Source: Vitrella brassicaformis CCMP3155 (Eukaryota > Protista > Chromerida). Taken from it: DNA of 64,000 nucleotides. Position 1 is the first letter of the stretch. Each line of letters begins with the position of its first letter. Positions 1 to 12,007 of the stretch are shown piece after piece. The position numbers were made by a program, and so were the translations under genes. The notes below the pieces were generated by a model. That model was not told the origin of the DNA. It made no database searches and saw only the letters and a program-made list of their open reading frames with translations. The stretch is from NCBI GenBank assembly GCA_001179505.1, contig CDMY01000267.1, positions 1 through 64,000 of the forward strand, written 5' to 3'.

Positions 1-66
1 AGACCCTAAGCCCTAGACCCTAAACCGTGTGAACGAAAAGCAGAAACATGCAAGTTTAGGGTTTAG
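1..66. repeat. Degenerate telomere-like heptamers (CCCTAA/CCCTAG x3) followed by an oppositely oriented TTTAGGGTTTAG
   Basis: AGACCCTAAGCCCTAGACCCTAAACC at 1-26 and GTTTAGGGTTTAG at 54-66. Too short and degenerate to call a true telomere. Confidence 0.45.
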
Positions 67-877
67 TGGCTGTCAATCTGTCTTTTTCTCTGCCTGTCTG
101 TCGGTCTCCTTACACGTGTTTTTCGGGTGTGAACACAGCTGCATGAACCAGTATGAGTCTCACCATCGCATGATGGTTTCTCACGCCGCTCTGTCTCGAT
201 CCTTTTCCTTTTGATGGTGGCGGTGCGTTTGACTCGGATCAGCACGCAGAAAGGGGACGTGTGCACACAAGAATGACATACCATATGTGAGCATACCATA
301 CGTGTCACGGATCTAGATAGTGCAGATCTGTGTGCGTTCCATGTCTGTTTGTGCGCACCAGTACTGTGAGGGTCGGATAAGTGGGACGCTGCTTAAATGT
401 GCGTATACGAGTCGACTACCATGACCAGACAAGCAGGCGGCCGCCCGGCCTTTCTCTAGCTCTGGTGAGCCGCTATAGGAGAGGGCTTCTCTTTTTAGCC
501 TCGCTTTCCATCACTCATCCGCCAGTGAATCACTCCTGCTTTTGTCTGTCTCGCTCGCTCTTTTTTCATTTTTCCGGGCCAATTACAAGCTCGATGCCAG
601 CGAGTCCCTGATGACTCATACACGATGGCTGGTGGAAATCTATCTATGACCGGCTGCTCTTCATATTTACAGCTGCGATGGAAATTTCCCAACTTCTCCC
701 ACACCACGAGACGAGGCCAACTGGGCGACACTGCCGCGCTGTCACACCGATGTACGAGAGAAGAAGGGAGAGGCTCGGAAACGCAAGGAATGTGACGAGG
801 CCAAAGAAGTTCTCAGTGAGGATACAAGAGTGTCGCAATCCCGACTTGTCTCTCCTTTCTCGTCGCGTCACGTCACG

Positions 878-1948
878 TCACGTCCGGTCTCTGTATGACA
901 CGTCGGCAGTGTCAGTGCCGCAGCCGATGCCGGTGAAAGTCCCGATGACCGGCCTAAACAGATCCGCCCTTATAGGTGCTCGGCGGTCGCGAGTGATAAC
1001 ACCCTTGTACATCCGCGGCTGGCTGCCAAACACGTTCCTGCAGAAGCGCGCGAGAAACAAATGGATCCACCCATGGCTACGTGTACTTATTGTGCGTGTG
1101 CGTGTACGTACCAGTGCACCTGACAGGGAGATATAGGCAAACACACACACAGACACACACAGACAGACAGACAGACAGGCATGACCGAACAGACACATCA
1201 GTCGTTGGTTGTTTGTTTGATTACCCACCTCCGCCATGTATCGGTGTGTGGTGTTGTCGACTAGAAACTCCCACATGACGCCAAACTTATCCAAACGCCA
1301 CTCGCCTGACAATGCGTTGCATGCCATGCAGCAACAGAAATAAACGCAAGCATGGCTGAATGGGTGAAGGCCTGGGCTGAGTGAACCGCTGCAGGCTCAC
1401 TCACCCTTGTGTCCGTCGCTCGTCTGCAGTGAGCCATCGCGGCGGAAATTGATCCGCATCTCTGACCTGAGTGAAGTGATGTGCACACAGACTCACGTAG
1501 ATCCACCCACGTCAATCAATCGGTAGGGTAGGTGATGCGTACCTGCGGCGAAACAGGCCTCTTCTCACTCTGAGCTTCCACTCCTCCATCCGCAGCGGAT
1601 GTGGGCTGTCGCTGCACACACCACACACACACACACACACACGATTGATGGCAGGCAAGATCCATCCACTCGATTGTCAATTGTGGTCAGCTCACTCTGC
1701 TTCGGTTTGTTTCCGAAAGAGGTGCGGCAGCGAAAAGGCGCCGCCCAGACCACTCACCCTGCACATGAACTCCACACACATTCACTTGACCCCGACACAC
1801 CCACTCCCTCCCGTATTGCGTGCGTTGCGTACCTTGGTGGCCTCATCATTGCATGACCCGTGTGGAGCAGCAACGGCACCGTGCCCAACACAGCAACAAT
1901 CAGCGCGTGTAGCCACGCACATCCTTGCACCTGCACCGACAGACGCAT
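878..1948 (-). CDS. Hypothetical protein with signal peptide, probably plastid-targeted; 7 exons including an 8-nt microexon
   Basis: GT-AG exons 1948-1833, 1758-1696, 1611-1543, 1466-1405, 1305-1229, 1119-1112 and 1037-878 join in one open frame: MRLSVQVQGCAWLHALIVAVLGTVPLLLHTGHA...MEEWKLRVRRGLFRRRSEMRINFRRDGSLQTSDGHKGEWRLDKFGVMWEFLVDNTTHRYMAEVHWNVFGSQPRMYKGVITRDR...LFRPVIGTFTGIGCGTDTADVSYRDRT*. Confidence 0.8.
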
Positions 1949-2307
1949 GCCATTGAATGAATGCACGGCAGATCTACAGCTGGAAGCATTCAGTGGTTGG
2001 CGTTTTCTCCTCCCTTCTCTTACCCCCTCCATCAATGACCGCTGGATCTTGAGGAACTGGCTCCTTCTGTGAGTCCTCAGCGAGAGCGGCTTCACGGAAT
2101 GAACTGACTCAGGCCGCTTAGGACATTGCGTGAAACCGCTCTCAGCCCTCCCCCGAAAATCGCAGCACAGGAGGGTCTTTCTGAAGAAGGTGAGGGCACA
2201 GGAGAGAGGAGGGCGCTGTATTTGGGCTGCTGGACGGCGACCCAAATACAAGCCGACCCGACTTCAAGATCCAGCAGCCTATCTGTCAGTGCTGAGCTTG
2301 GCGAGAG

Positions 2308-4887
2308 ATGGTCACCGTGGCGATCTGCAGCATACGGCCCTCATCGGCGGCCGTATGCTGCAGATCGATCTGCAGCTCAAGGATGGGCCCTTCATCTTTC
2401 TCACAGGACGCCTCCAGACTCGGCAGATCCTCTGTGCGGCTGCTGACGACTTCCTCGCGTCAGTTGTGTGCCTCCAGCAGTGCGGGTCGCTCAGACGATG
2501 GCGGGTCGAGGCACACGCGGACCTCATCGCTCTTGATTCAAGACCCCGATGGTAGCAAACAACAGGCAGAATAATGCGACAGACAGACGTGTGCGCGGAC
2601 ACTGTCAAATCAACCCTGTCCTGTCTGCCTGTTTTGTTTGCAGGTGTTGCGGCCAAGGCCATCGTAGGCCGTCGTGTCCGGTGGACCGCCTTTGAGCGGC
2701 TGGCTGTCATCAGCGAGCAACTCAGGCGAACCAAAGCCAGAGTCGCGCCCTACTGGTCTTTGAGCAAGGGCAAGCTCACCACCTGGATCGCTTTGAGCAC
2801 ACTGCCAGGCTACGCCCTCATGTGTGTGGACGGAGGAAGTTTTGTGGCGGCCATGAGCCTTACTGTCGGCACGGGGCTATCGTCGGCGGCGGCGAGCACC
2901 TACAACCAGCTCATAGAGGCGCCCCGGGACGCCCGAATGAGGCGCACACACAACAGGCCGCTCGTCAACGGCACCATCGACAGGTGGGGAGGGAGGTGTG
3001 GATGGATGCGTAATGTCGTGTGTGTGTCAACACATTGGTTTGTGTGTGTGTGTGTGTGTCAGGTCGTCAGCCCACCAGTTTGCAGCGCTGTGTGCTGTGG
3101 GTGGGGTATCGTTGCTTGCAATGGGCACCACCCCCACGTGTGCCATGATGGCGGCTGGCAACATTTTTCTCTACTCGTGTGTGTACACGCCGCTCAAGAC
3201 GGTGACGCCCTACAACACACACATAGGCGCAGTGGTCGGCAGCATACCGCCACTGCTGGGGTGCACCGCCGCACAGGTACGGTAGGCACGCCTGCAATAT
3301 ATGATGGATGCACACAAGCATATTCCTCCTGTGAGTGTGTGTGTGTGTGTGTGTAGGGTATGTCGGCTTTCTGTTTGCCGGAGCCGTTTGTGCTGTTTGC
3401 CATCCAGACGCTGTGGCAGTTCCCCCACTTCTACGCACTCGCCTGGATGTACAGAGAGGACTACGTGCGGGGCGGGTTTACCATGTTCCCCGTCTTTGAC
3501 CACACTGGTACGGACGGCCCCGCCCCGCGCCGCGCCCATAGCATAGCATAGCTCGTGTCATTCATTCACCTAGGCGTCTGTCTCTTTATTTGTGTTTGTC
3601 TGTGCTTACCAACCAACAGGGTGGGAGACGGCCGACTTGATGCGTCCCTATCTCATGGCACTCTGCATCTTGCCCCTGGTGAGAACACTCACCCTCCACA
3701 CACCCATATACACTCACACATGGATCGGTGGACTGATGCATGCAGGCGACTAGCGCCTTCAACGTGACTTCCTACATGTTTGTGGTGTCGTCGATGGTAC
3801 CCAACGGCCTGCTGCTGTGGCGATTCACCCAATACGACCAGGTTAGTGTCCATGTAGGGGGGGGGGGGGGGGGGGNNNNNNNNNNNNNNNNNNNNNNNNN
3901 NNNNNNNNNNNNNNNNNNNNNNNNNNNNNNNNNNNNNNNNNNNNNNNNNNNNNNNNNNNNNNNNNNNNNNNNNNNNNNNNNNNNNNNNNNNNNNNNNNNN
4001 NNNNNNNNNNNNNNNNNNNNNNNNNNNNNNNNNNNNNNNNNNNNNNNNNNNNNNNNNNNNNNNNNNNNNNNNNNNNNNNNNNNNNNNNNNNNNNNNNNNN
4101 NNNNNNNNNNNNNNNNNNNNNNNNNNNNNNNNNNNNNNNNNNNNNNNNNNNNNNNNNNNNNNNNNNNNNNNNNNNCTAAGCAGTGGGCGGCAAAGACAGG
4201 GCAGCACGGCACCATCCACATGCGTGTCTGCCTTTACTCGTCCGCACAAATCGAATGGAACAGACAGTGTACTGCACGCACTCTAGGAGAGGCACGGCGC
4301 ATCGCAATAATGCTTGCCTGTCCGTCACGCATACACACATCCATCCATCCATCTCTGTGTGTGTGTGTGTGTGTCTGTTTGTGTGCAGAATCCCTCGATC
4401 CGGACGGCGAGGACCTTTTTCAGGACGTCGCTTGTGCACATTCTCGCATTGCTGGGGCTGTTCGTGTTCCATTGCAAAGTCCGGCCATCCACCACCCACC
4501 CACCCACTCGTCCTCATCCATGCGCAGCCGTGTGAACGTACGTTTTGTTTGTGTGTGTATGTGCCTTGTGCATGTGCAGGGGCCCTACACTGAGGGGACA
4601 GAGGGGAGAGGGGGGAGAGGGGGGGAGAAAGGGCGCATTTCAAGGTGGAGGGCGTTCCTCGACACATACTGCCTCCACAGGTACGTACGTGCCAGTGAGT
4701 GCATCCAGACACGATTTGTCCACTCGTTCGTTGATGGACGCGTGGGTGGGTGTGCCTGCGTGTCCGTGTGTGTGTGTCTCTGTGCAGGCTGGTGGATGGT
4801 GTGCACTGCCTGTGTCCGGTGGAGCTGGCCACAGACATGGTCATCAAACAGCAGCAGCAGCAGCAGCAGCGGGACGGACCGCAGTGA
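2308..4887 (+). CDS. COX10: Protoheme IX farnesyltransferase (heme O synthase), mitochondrial
   Basis: S/R-rich presequence exon 2308-2551 splices in phase to 2644. UbiA/COX10 motifs: YWSLSKGKLT, NQLIEAPRDARMRRTHNRPL, YTPLK...NTHIGAVVGSIPPLLG, LWQFPHFYALAWMYREDYVRGGF, ARTFFRTSLVH. Stop at 4885-4887. Confidence 0.93.
3876..4175. other. Assembly gap (300 N) inside a COX10 intron, preceded by a G19 run
   Basis: N run. The flanking exons (..YDQ | NPSIR..) join in frame across it. Confidence 0.95.
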
Positions 4888-5769
4888 ATGTCAGTCATTT
4901 GACTGACGATATATGGACGAAGTGGTGTTGCCTGTACAGTGTGGAAGTCTAGATCATAGTTTTTGGCGAGATTGGCGCCATTTGCCGTGCGTGTGATTGA
5001 TGCGTCGAGTGATGGGTGGATGGATTGATGCATGCATCACGCTGACGGACCCCCCGATTGGATTGCCTTTTGGCACGATTGATTCGTCAACACCCGTTGG
5101 TTGAGTTGATAATGAATGCCACACCACGAAGACATACAAACAATCAGCCGTGACAGTCACAGACAGGCATGCACACACGACACCCACACACATACACACA
5201 CGTGGGGAGAAAAATGCGACGTGGCGAACGTACACGTCTCCCCGGCACACACATAGACAGACAGACAGACAGACAGGTGGTCGCAAAAACGGATCTTCGT
5301 CCCGTGTGCAGCAGCATACAGGCAAACAGACAAGTGGGCAGGCAGGCGTTCAAAGATTCGCTCTCCCGTGTGTAAAGTGCAGAAAAGAAACCCAGCAAAA
5401 CAAACAACACAACACAACACGCATGTCGGGGGGAACATTCGTGTACATTGTTCTCTTGTTCTCTTCGTTGGCAGACCTCACCCACCCACACCCTCACATG
5501 ACATGTAGTCCGAGCGATATATAGATGGGTAGGAAGATCGATAGATAATGCACAGGCAGACAGACAGACAGATTCAGCATCTCCCCTCTGTGCCTGCCTC
5601 ACTCAAGATCTTGCTTGTGCACACACATACGCACACACACACACAGATGGATGGATGGATGGATGGAACCACAAAGGCATCTCTCGCATCGCACACACAC
5701 ACAGGCAGGCGGTCCATCTCTCGCCCACTCACGATTCGTCCGTGAGTCTGTGGGCCTCTCTACTCTTAT

Positions 5770-7178
5770 CTACTTTGCCACGGGCACCTGCTCCTCTTTC
5801 GCCACCTGCACACACATTGCCACACACACACATGGACGGATGGATGGATGGATGGGTGTGTATCCGTGTGTGTGTGTGTGCTATAGACCAGGTGTGGCGC
5901 TATCTCCTCTTTGTGCTTTGCCATGTACTGCTCGATCTCCTCCACATCGTCATAGCTCCCCAAGAAGATCGGCGTGCGATCGTGGACCGACTCTACACAC
6001 ACAAAACACAAACACAAAGGCTTGCCTTCCTGGCTTGTGTCCATGTGCTTCTCTCTCCCTCGCTGTCTGTCTGTGTGGCGGGGGGGGNNNNNNNNNNNNN
6101 NNNNNNNNNNNNNNNNNNNNNNNNNNNNNNNNNNNNNNNNNNNNNNNNNNNNNNNNNNNNNNNNNNNNNNNNNNNNNNNNNNNNNNNNNNNNNNNNNNNN
6201 NNNNNNNNNNNNNNNNNNNNNNNNNNNNNNNNNNNNNNNNNNNNNNNNNNNNNNNNNNNNNNNNNNNNNNNNNNNNNNNNNNNNNNNNNNNNNNNNNNNN
6301 NNNNNNNNNNNNNNNNNNNNNNNNNNNNNNNNNNNNNNNNNNNNNNNNNNNNNNNNNNNNNNNNNNNNNNNNNNNNNNNNNNNNNNNGGGGGGGGGGGGG
6401 GGGGGGGGGGTTACTGGGGTGCAGGTCCATAATTCGCTCATATCCCGTGGAGGCCTTGCCGCCCGCCTGTTCAACGATGAAGCTCATCGGGGCGGCCTCG
6501 TACAGCAAACGCAGCTTCCCATTCTGCACACACATTGATTGAGCGCACGTGTGCGTTGCGTTGCATAGCAGCGACCTTACCTTATTCTTCTTGTCTGCTG
6601 GGTAGCCGAAGACGCCGCCGTACCTGCACAGAAGAAGGGACATAACATACTCATGACGTTCCCGCAGACCAGACCATCATCCCCTGCCCTGCCCTCCCCT
6701 GCGGCTCACATGAGGGTTCTGTGCACATCGCCGACCATCGAGCCGATGTACCTGCAGAAGAGACGACAGGCAGACAGACAGAGATGGACGGCTGAGTGGG
6801 GTAGAGTGTCTCCCCGTCCCTCCCTCCGTCCCTCCCTCACCGAGCAGAGTACTTGTGCCCGGCGGCGCCTTTGCCTGACCAGTGGGAGCCACAGAGAGGT
6901 CGGTGTGTCCTGTACCAGGTTGGGGGATGGCCCACTCACTGACCTTGCTTGACGTCGTCGACATACTGCCGCAGCCCCTCGGGCCAGTCGGGCGAATTGC
7001 CTTCATTCATCGAGTAGATCTGCAGTGAGGGCAGACAGACAGACAGACAGACAGACACACAGACAGACAGACACCGACCGATTGGTGGTGGTGTGGGTGT
7101 GGGTGTAGGTACCTTACTCACCTTGCCTCTCCTGGGAAGCGTCATGTTTGGGTGAGTCAGCACAAACTCACCTACACA

Positions 7179-7214
<36 letters not shown>

Positions 7215-7820
7215 CACACACAGACACACACACACAGACGTGCACCACTTCGCCTGTGTGTGTCTGCGTGCGTCCGTGCGTCCCTACTCACCGATCTCAG
7301 GGTCCAGTGTGAATCCCTGGACGCCATGGCCGAATGTGATGACCATGTGCACTGAGGAGCTGTACATGCAGTACCCCGCAGCAACCAAATTGTCACCAGG
7401 CTGCAGAGTGTTGCCCAGACACTGATTCTGATGTATCAATCGTATCAATCGACACACAGGGAGGGAGAGGGAGGACGAGGCAGGTCGAGTCGGTCAGTGC
7501 AGCTGTGTGCGTGTGTGGATTGCATTGTATTGCGTACCGCCATGAGGTCTCCGTCGAGCTGTTCGGGGAGCATGCACTCTTCTTGTTCTTTGAAGACCCC
7601 GAAGATGGTGCCTGTGGCAATGCCTGCGTCCACATTGCTGCTGCCGTCCAGCGGGTCGAACACCTTCACGCAGACAGACATACACATGACCACAGGGAGA
7701 GAGATGTGTCAATCAATGCTTTTGAGGTATATGCCTTCTTCTTTCCTACGGTGACGAATTTGCTCATGTATGCCTCCTCGACCAGCACGGGGTGAGGCTC
7801 CTCCTATCAAAGACACACAG

Positions 7821-7851
<31 letters not shown>

Positions 7852-9421
7852 GACACACAGACACACAGACAGACAGACAGACAGAGTGGTCCCCCCATGT
7901 GTGATGGTCCATCGTTTGTTTAGGTTACCTCAGAAGCAACCACGCCGCAGCGACCGGTGTACTGCAGGGCTCCTGCACCATCACCGCCACACAATGCCAC
8001 GCCCAGCCCATCAATCAAACCCCTATGCGTCCGTCCATCGGCCTTTCTGGCATTATGGGTGCCGTGCCGTGGCGTGCCTTGCCTTTGAGTATGTCATTTG
8101 AGAGGACGTCGAGCTTCTTCTGGTCCTCACCCTGCACGTTCACCGCCCCAGCAGCACCTATAGGAAGTATACACAACGCAACGCAAGGCAACCAACATGA
8201 ATGCGAGTGGTCGCATGTGTGGATGGGATGGGATGGCGGCAAAGAAAGCATTAGATTCCCCCCCACTACTTAAGTTACCTACCTACTAGACCAGTAATTC
8301 CCGCACTGACCAGACCAACACACATAGAAGGAGGGAGGGACACGCACATCACTCGGGCGAGTGTGTTTCTCTCTCTCTCTCCAACCCTCCCTCTCCCTCT
8401 CCCTCTGTGTGTGTGTGTGTGTGTGTGCGTACCTGCCGACGAGCATGGCAATGGACTTGCAGGCGAGCTGGATGGAACCCATGAGCGACTCGAAGTCCTG
8501 GTACTCGGGATATAGGCGCGTCTGCTCCAACATGTAACGCGTCAAAGTCATGATCTTTCCTGCAACACAAACAGACAGACACCACACACCCACACAGAGA
8601 GAGAGGCAAAAGGGGGATTGGATGACACACACACCGACGCACAATGAATGCACCGCCCGCACCCATGAATACTACGTGTGCAAGCACAGACATACGACAG
8701 ACACATGAGCAGCAAAACTGCACAAAACTGTCTGTGAGTGTGTTGCCTGCGTGCTTGACGCGCGCTTGCACGGCAATGACAGTGTAGAGGTACAGGCAGA
8801 CGCCTTCCAAAGAGACCAGACAGACCAGAAGAACAGGGCAGAGCGGAACAGCACAGCGAATGAATATCAGGGAGGGACCACCCGGGTAGGACTGACTGAC
8901 TGCCTGCCTGGCTGGCCGCACCGACCATATGCGTAGACACACGTGCACACCCGGTCATCGCTGGGGTGAGGCGACCGACACACGTGCACCACCCCCTTGT
9001 CACGCTCTATCACACAGACCATGGCACCCAGCCACACAGACAGACCGGCCAGTATACATGACCAGCAGATGCACCCACCGGCAGACCGCACGCAACACCC
9101 AACACACGACACGCATCAGTCAACATACCTACCTGGGTCAGGCCGACTGATGGCCATTCGCAAGCCGCCCGTCTGCCTGCGGCGGCTGCCGGCCGCTGAT
9201 GACGAGGCCGATGATGAGGGCCGCAACAGACCTGCACTCACACACAAACAGACACACATCGACACTCCTTCAGTGTACCTGGCCTGTGTGCGCAAGGAGG
9301 GCTTACCGTGTTTGTGCACGCCTGTGGATGGTGGCTGGAAGGCCAAGCAGCAGCAGCATGCCAGCGCGGCGGCCAACAGCAACACATCACACAGCACAGA
9401 TCTCATCACCATCATGACCAT
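5770..9421 (-). CDS. FBP: Fructose-1,6-bisphosphatase class I, plastid-targeted (Calvin cycle type)
   Basis: Signal peptide ending CCLA|FQPP plus transit peptide. Motifs: [83 protein letters not shown]. Ends [11 protein letters not shown] at 5770. Confidence 0.95.
6088..6387. other. Assembly gap (300 N) inside an FBPase intron, flanked by G runs
   Basis: N run. Exons ..DLHP | KSVHDRTP.. join in frame across it. Confidence 0.95.
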
Positions 9422-9695
9422 CTTCAGGTTTGCACACGCGGCCCGCCGTACAGCACACACAAACACAGTCTGCCTGCGCCTGCCGGAATGCGAAACGAAG
9501 CTTGACAAGCTCGCAAAAGCTCGCAGTGGCGAAGGTCTGACGTGATTGTGAAGGTGGGCAAGGTCCCTACACAGTCGTCTGGTCAGCGTGATTCTCACAG
9601 TGTCCTTTGTGCTTGTCCTTGGCGACTGTTTCTCTCGTATTTCAGTCGTCTGTGAGCAGTGACTGTCTTGCGAAAGAGTCGAGTGATTGAGGAAG

Positions 9696-11976
9696 ATGCC
9701 GGCACGGCTGCAGGTACGTGTGTGGGACACTTGTGGCTGTGCATCCGCCGAAAACAGGGGTTGCTGGGCTGTCATGACTGTTCTCACTGTGGTGTTGCTT
9801 GCTGGTCTGGCTGCTCTGTGTCTGTGTCTGTGTCTGTGTCTGCGTGTGCGTGTGTGCTGTGTGTAGGTGACGATCATCGGCGGCCGCAACCTGGCTGCCA
9901 AAGACCTGAGTGAGTGGGGCACTCCACTCCAGACACTGAAAAGCCACGCCACCGAATGGCATGACACAAGTGTGTGGTCTTATGTGCGTCAGGTGGCACG
10001 TCGGACCCCTATGTCAAGCTGAAATGGTCCGGACAGGAATACAAGACCGATAAGGTGGGTGCGAAGGACAGACAGACAGACAGAGACAGACACTCGTGTA
10101 TGTCATTGATCGATTGAGTGGTGGGTGTGTGACCCCTGTCCTGTGCAGGTCAAGAAGCCACCGCAAAAGCCGCACAGTGCCTCTGCGTGTTGTGCGCCTT
10201 TTCGGATGTGTGGTCTTGGTGGTGCTCGTATCATGCATCATCAGGTCAAGAAGTCCCTGAACCCTTCATGGAACGAATCCTTTCTGCTCAACTGGGAGGT
10301 ACGTTTGTTCGTTTGGCCGAGCGCACACCCACACCCACACACACACACACACACACACAGAGACAGAGAGAGAGAGACAGATAGAGTGCTCATGCATCGA
10401 CCACAACTGGGCCTGGTGTGTGTGTGTGCAGCCGACCGCACAGAACCCGCCTTTGACTTTTGAAGTAAGCGGACGAGATGAGGCACGAATGTGACTCACG
10501 CACGGCACGTGTGATGCGACCAATGCACTCATCCATTCTCACACAAATAAATAGGTGTATGATTGGGACCGTTTCTCAAAGGATGACTTCATGGGTACAT
10601 CCACACGTCCACACATCCATCCATCCACCTGTCGACATGCAATGCAATGCAATGCAATGCAATGCAATGCATGTCCGTCCGTCCGTCCGTCTGTGTGTGT
10701 GCACTGCAGGTAGTGTGGCGCTGCAAATGCCGCCCAACATGCAAATCGGCGGGGCCCCGATGGAAGGTAAGGAAGGTATCTACACACACACATACGACAA
10801 TCCCCAACCACACCCCGTGTGTATGTCTATGTCTGTGTGTGTCCGCGCATCCCATCCATGATATGATGCAAACAACCAGGCTGGTATGACCTCCAGAACG
10901 GAGGCAAAGGTCAGATCGGCCTCAAGTTTCAGCTGTTCCCCGGCCATGGCGGCCAGCAGCAGCAGGGGGGCAGCAGGCCATATCAGGCGCAGCAGATCGT
11001 CACCATCAACGGCCCGCCGATGCAGCAAATGGGTGGCGGTGGGGGGTTCCCCTCTTACCCTGCACAAGTAAGTATGCACTCACTCCTGCACCCTGAAGAC
11101 CGACCGACGAGCACCAAATGTGTGTGCGTGTGTGTGTGTGTATGTGTGCGTGTGCAGCAGCCGTCTTACCCAGCACAGCAGCAGCAGCAGCCCCCTCTTG
11201 GGGGAGGGGCCTACCCACAGGTAAATGAATAACCCACCCCAACCGCCTTGTGCGCACACACAGACAGACAGATAGACAGACAGACGTGCATCGCTCGCAT
11301 CGTGTGTGTGTGCGTCGGTGGCTACATGCCATGGCCTGCCATGCAGCTGGGACCGCCCCCGTCGTACACCAACGCCCCGCCGGCGTACAGCCAAAGTCCA
11401 CCCCCACCTGCATACGCAGGAGGTACCGTAACACACACACTGCCCATTGACTGATGGATTGACTGATGGATCGACGCAGCTATTGTCTCTCTCTCTGTCT
11501 CTCTGTCTCTCTGTGTTTGTGTGCAGGTGGTGGTGGCGGTGGCGGTGGGCGCGGCAACACTGTTCAGGAGATCATGAGCATCCTGCCACACGTCAACAGA
11601 CAGCAGGTTGAGTCGGCTCTGCAGCGGCACAACGGCAACAAGGACGCCGCTGTCGACGAGCTCCTCGGTGCGTACAGCACACAATGCGTCCTGTGTCCCC
11701 ACACACATGTCCCTCGTTTTTCTCTCAGGTGGTGGTGGGGGGCAGCAGCCAAAGAAGGTCGAGCCTAACCCAAGGTACGATGGCCATGCGAGCTTGTCTT
11801 CAGTTGCAGATCTCTGAGCTAACCTCTCCTTTTGAGATGGGCTGGCTGTGCAGGTATCTGAAGGACATCAAAGAGATCCTGCCACACTGCAGCTACGAAG
11901 ACATCGCCAAGGCACTCGTCAAATGGGTACGCACGTCGTCGGTGCACTCACCCGCCACTTCTGCCTGTCACGTGCA

Positions 11977-12007
<31 letters not shown>

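Noticed and set aside
2126-2555. ORFs 2130-2555 and 2126-2446 as an independent gene or transposon fragment
   Set aside because: The overlapping frame from 2308 gives a typical mitochondrial presequence that splices in phase into COX10. The rest is the divergent promoter/UTR.
3689-6643. Long ORFs containing X runs (also 57464-58465)
   Set aside because: They are artefacts of reading through N gaps.
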